DNA of 64,000 bases from Amphiscolops sp. MND2022 (Eukaryota). Of this stretch, positions 63,541 to 64,000 are shown in pieces. Below the pieces are notes generated by a model that saw nothing but the letters and a program-made list of their open reading frames with translations, was not told the DNA's origin and did not search any database. Positions within the stretch are counted from its first letter, which is position 1. The number at the start of each line of letters is the position of its first letter. A program made the position numbers and the translations under genes. The DNA lies in contig OZ076409.1 in NCBI GenBank assembly GCA_964187785.1, positions 59,894,001 to 59,958,000 of the forward strand, written 5' to 3'.

Positions 63541-64000
63541 AGCATATGAAAAAATGGAAATGAACTTATATAAATTATGGCAAAAACTGAAAAGGATAGA
63601 GAGAAAGCAAATTCCGCTGCTTGAACTTAGGTTTCGCGTTTCTTAAGAAAACGAAAAACAATTATTAAATCGTCGATTACGTTTTCGAACGTACTATGTG
63701 CTTTAAAGTTTCTAAGACGTACTTTCCAATTTTCGGTAATTTTATCAATTAATTTGATAAATACTTTCAGATATTTTTGAATTTCATTTATATTGACTTT
63801 GATGTTTCCTATACTTTGTAACAGATTTTGTAACTAATAGAGCAGCCATTGTAATTGAATACAATGACTGCTTTGTGATAAAAATATATCCCGAGAATCT
63901 TTGCCGAAAGCAAACAATTTCATTGATCATCCTTGTTTACCTGTGCCGATGATTCGCATTTCACAGAAGCCCAAATGCACGGTTGGGTTTATCAACTGAA

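Noticed and set aside
62942..63646. 234-aa ORF
   Set aside because: Built from a repeated DNA motif (DLY.SVQIR) and crosses an antisense SINE-like head; likely spurious.
1..64000. CRISPR arrays or prokaryotic operons
   Set aside because: No regularly spaced short repeats with unique spacers; the content is eukaryotic transposon DNA.

Overview
AT-rich eukaryotic DNA (probably an invertebrate animal) made up almost entirely of transposable elements and rearrangements; I recognise no intact host gene. The main feature is a young giant Ty3/Gypsy LTR retrotransposon of about 18.9 kb (26477-45416). It has 706-bp LTRs differing at about 3 positions and a roughly 3-kb non-coding leader. Its Gag-Pol, now disrupted, reconstructs to about 3,200 aa: Gag, two CCHC knuckles, a degenerate plus a canonical protease, a dUTPase-like insert, RT, RNase H, integrase, an AT-hook linker and two tandem TARG1/Poa1p-like macrodomains. 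A second ORF of about 1,380 aa in the env position carries an SGNH/GDSL-hydrolase-like domain plus an unknown helical domain. Three smaller Mag-like Ty3/Gypsy elements surround it (10110-17083 +; 46013-50360 -, lacking integrase; 53181-58223 +). The window also holds a decayed LINE, several non-autonomous Helentron-like (HINE/DINE-1-type) elements, two tandem duplications (1071 bp and about 3.83 kb), a loop-less palindrome of about 350 bp and tRNA-derived remnants. All domain calls come from motif recognition by eye, not database searches.
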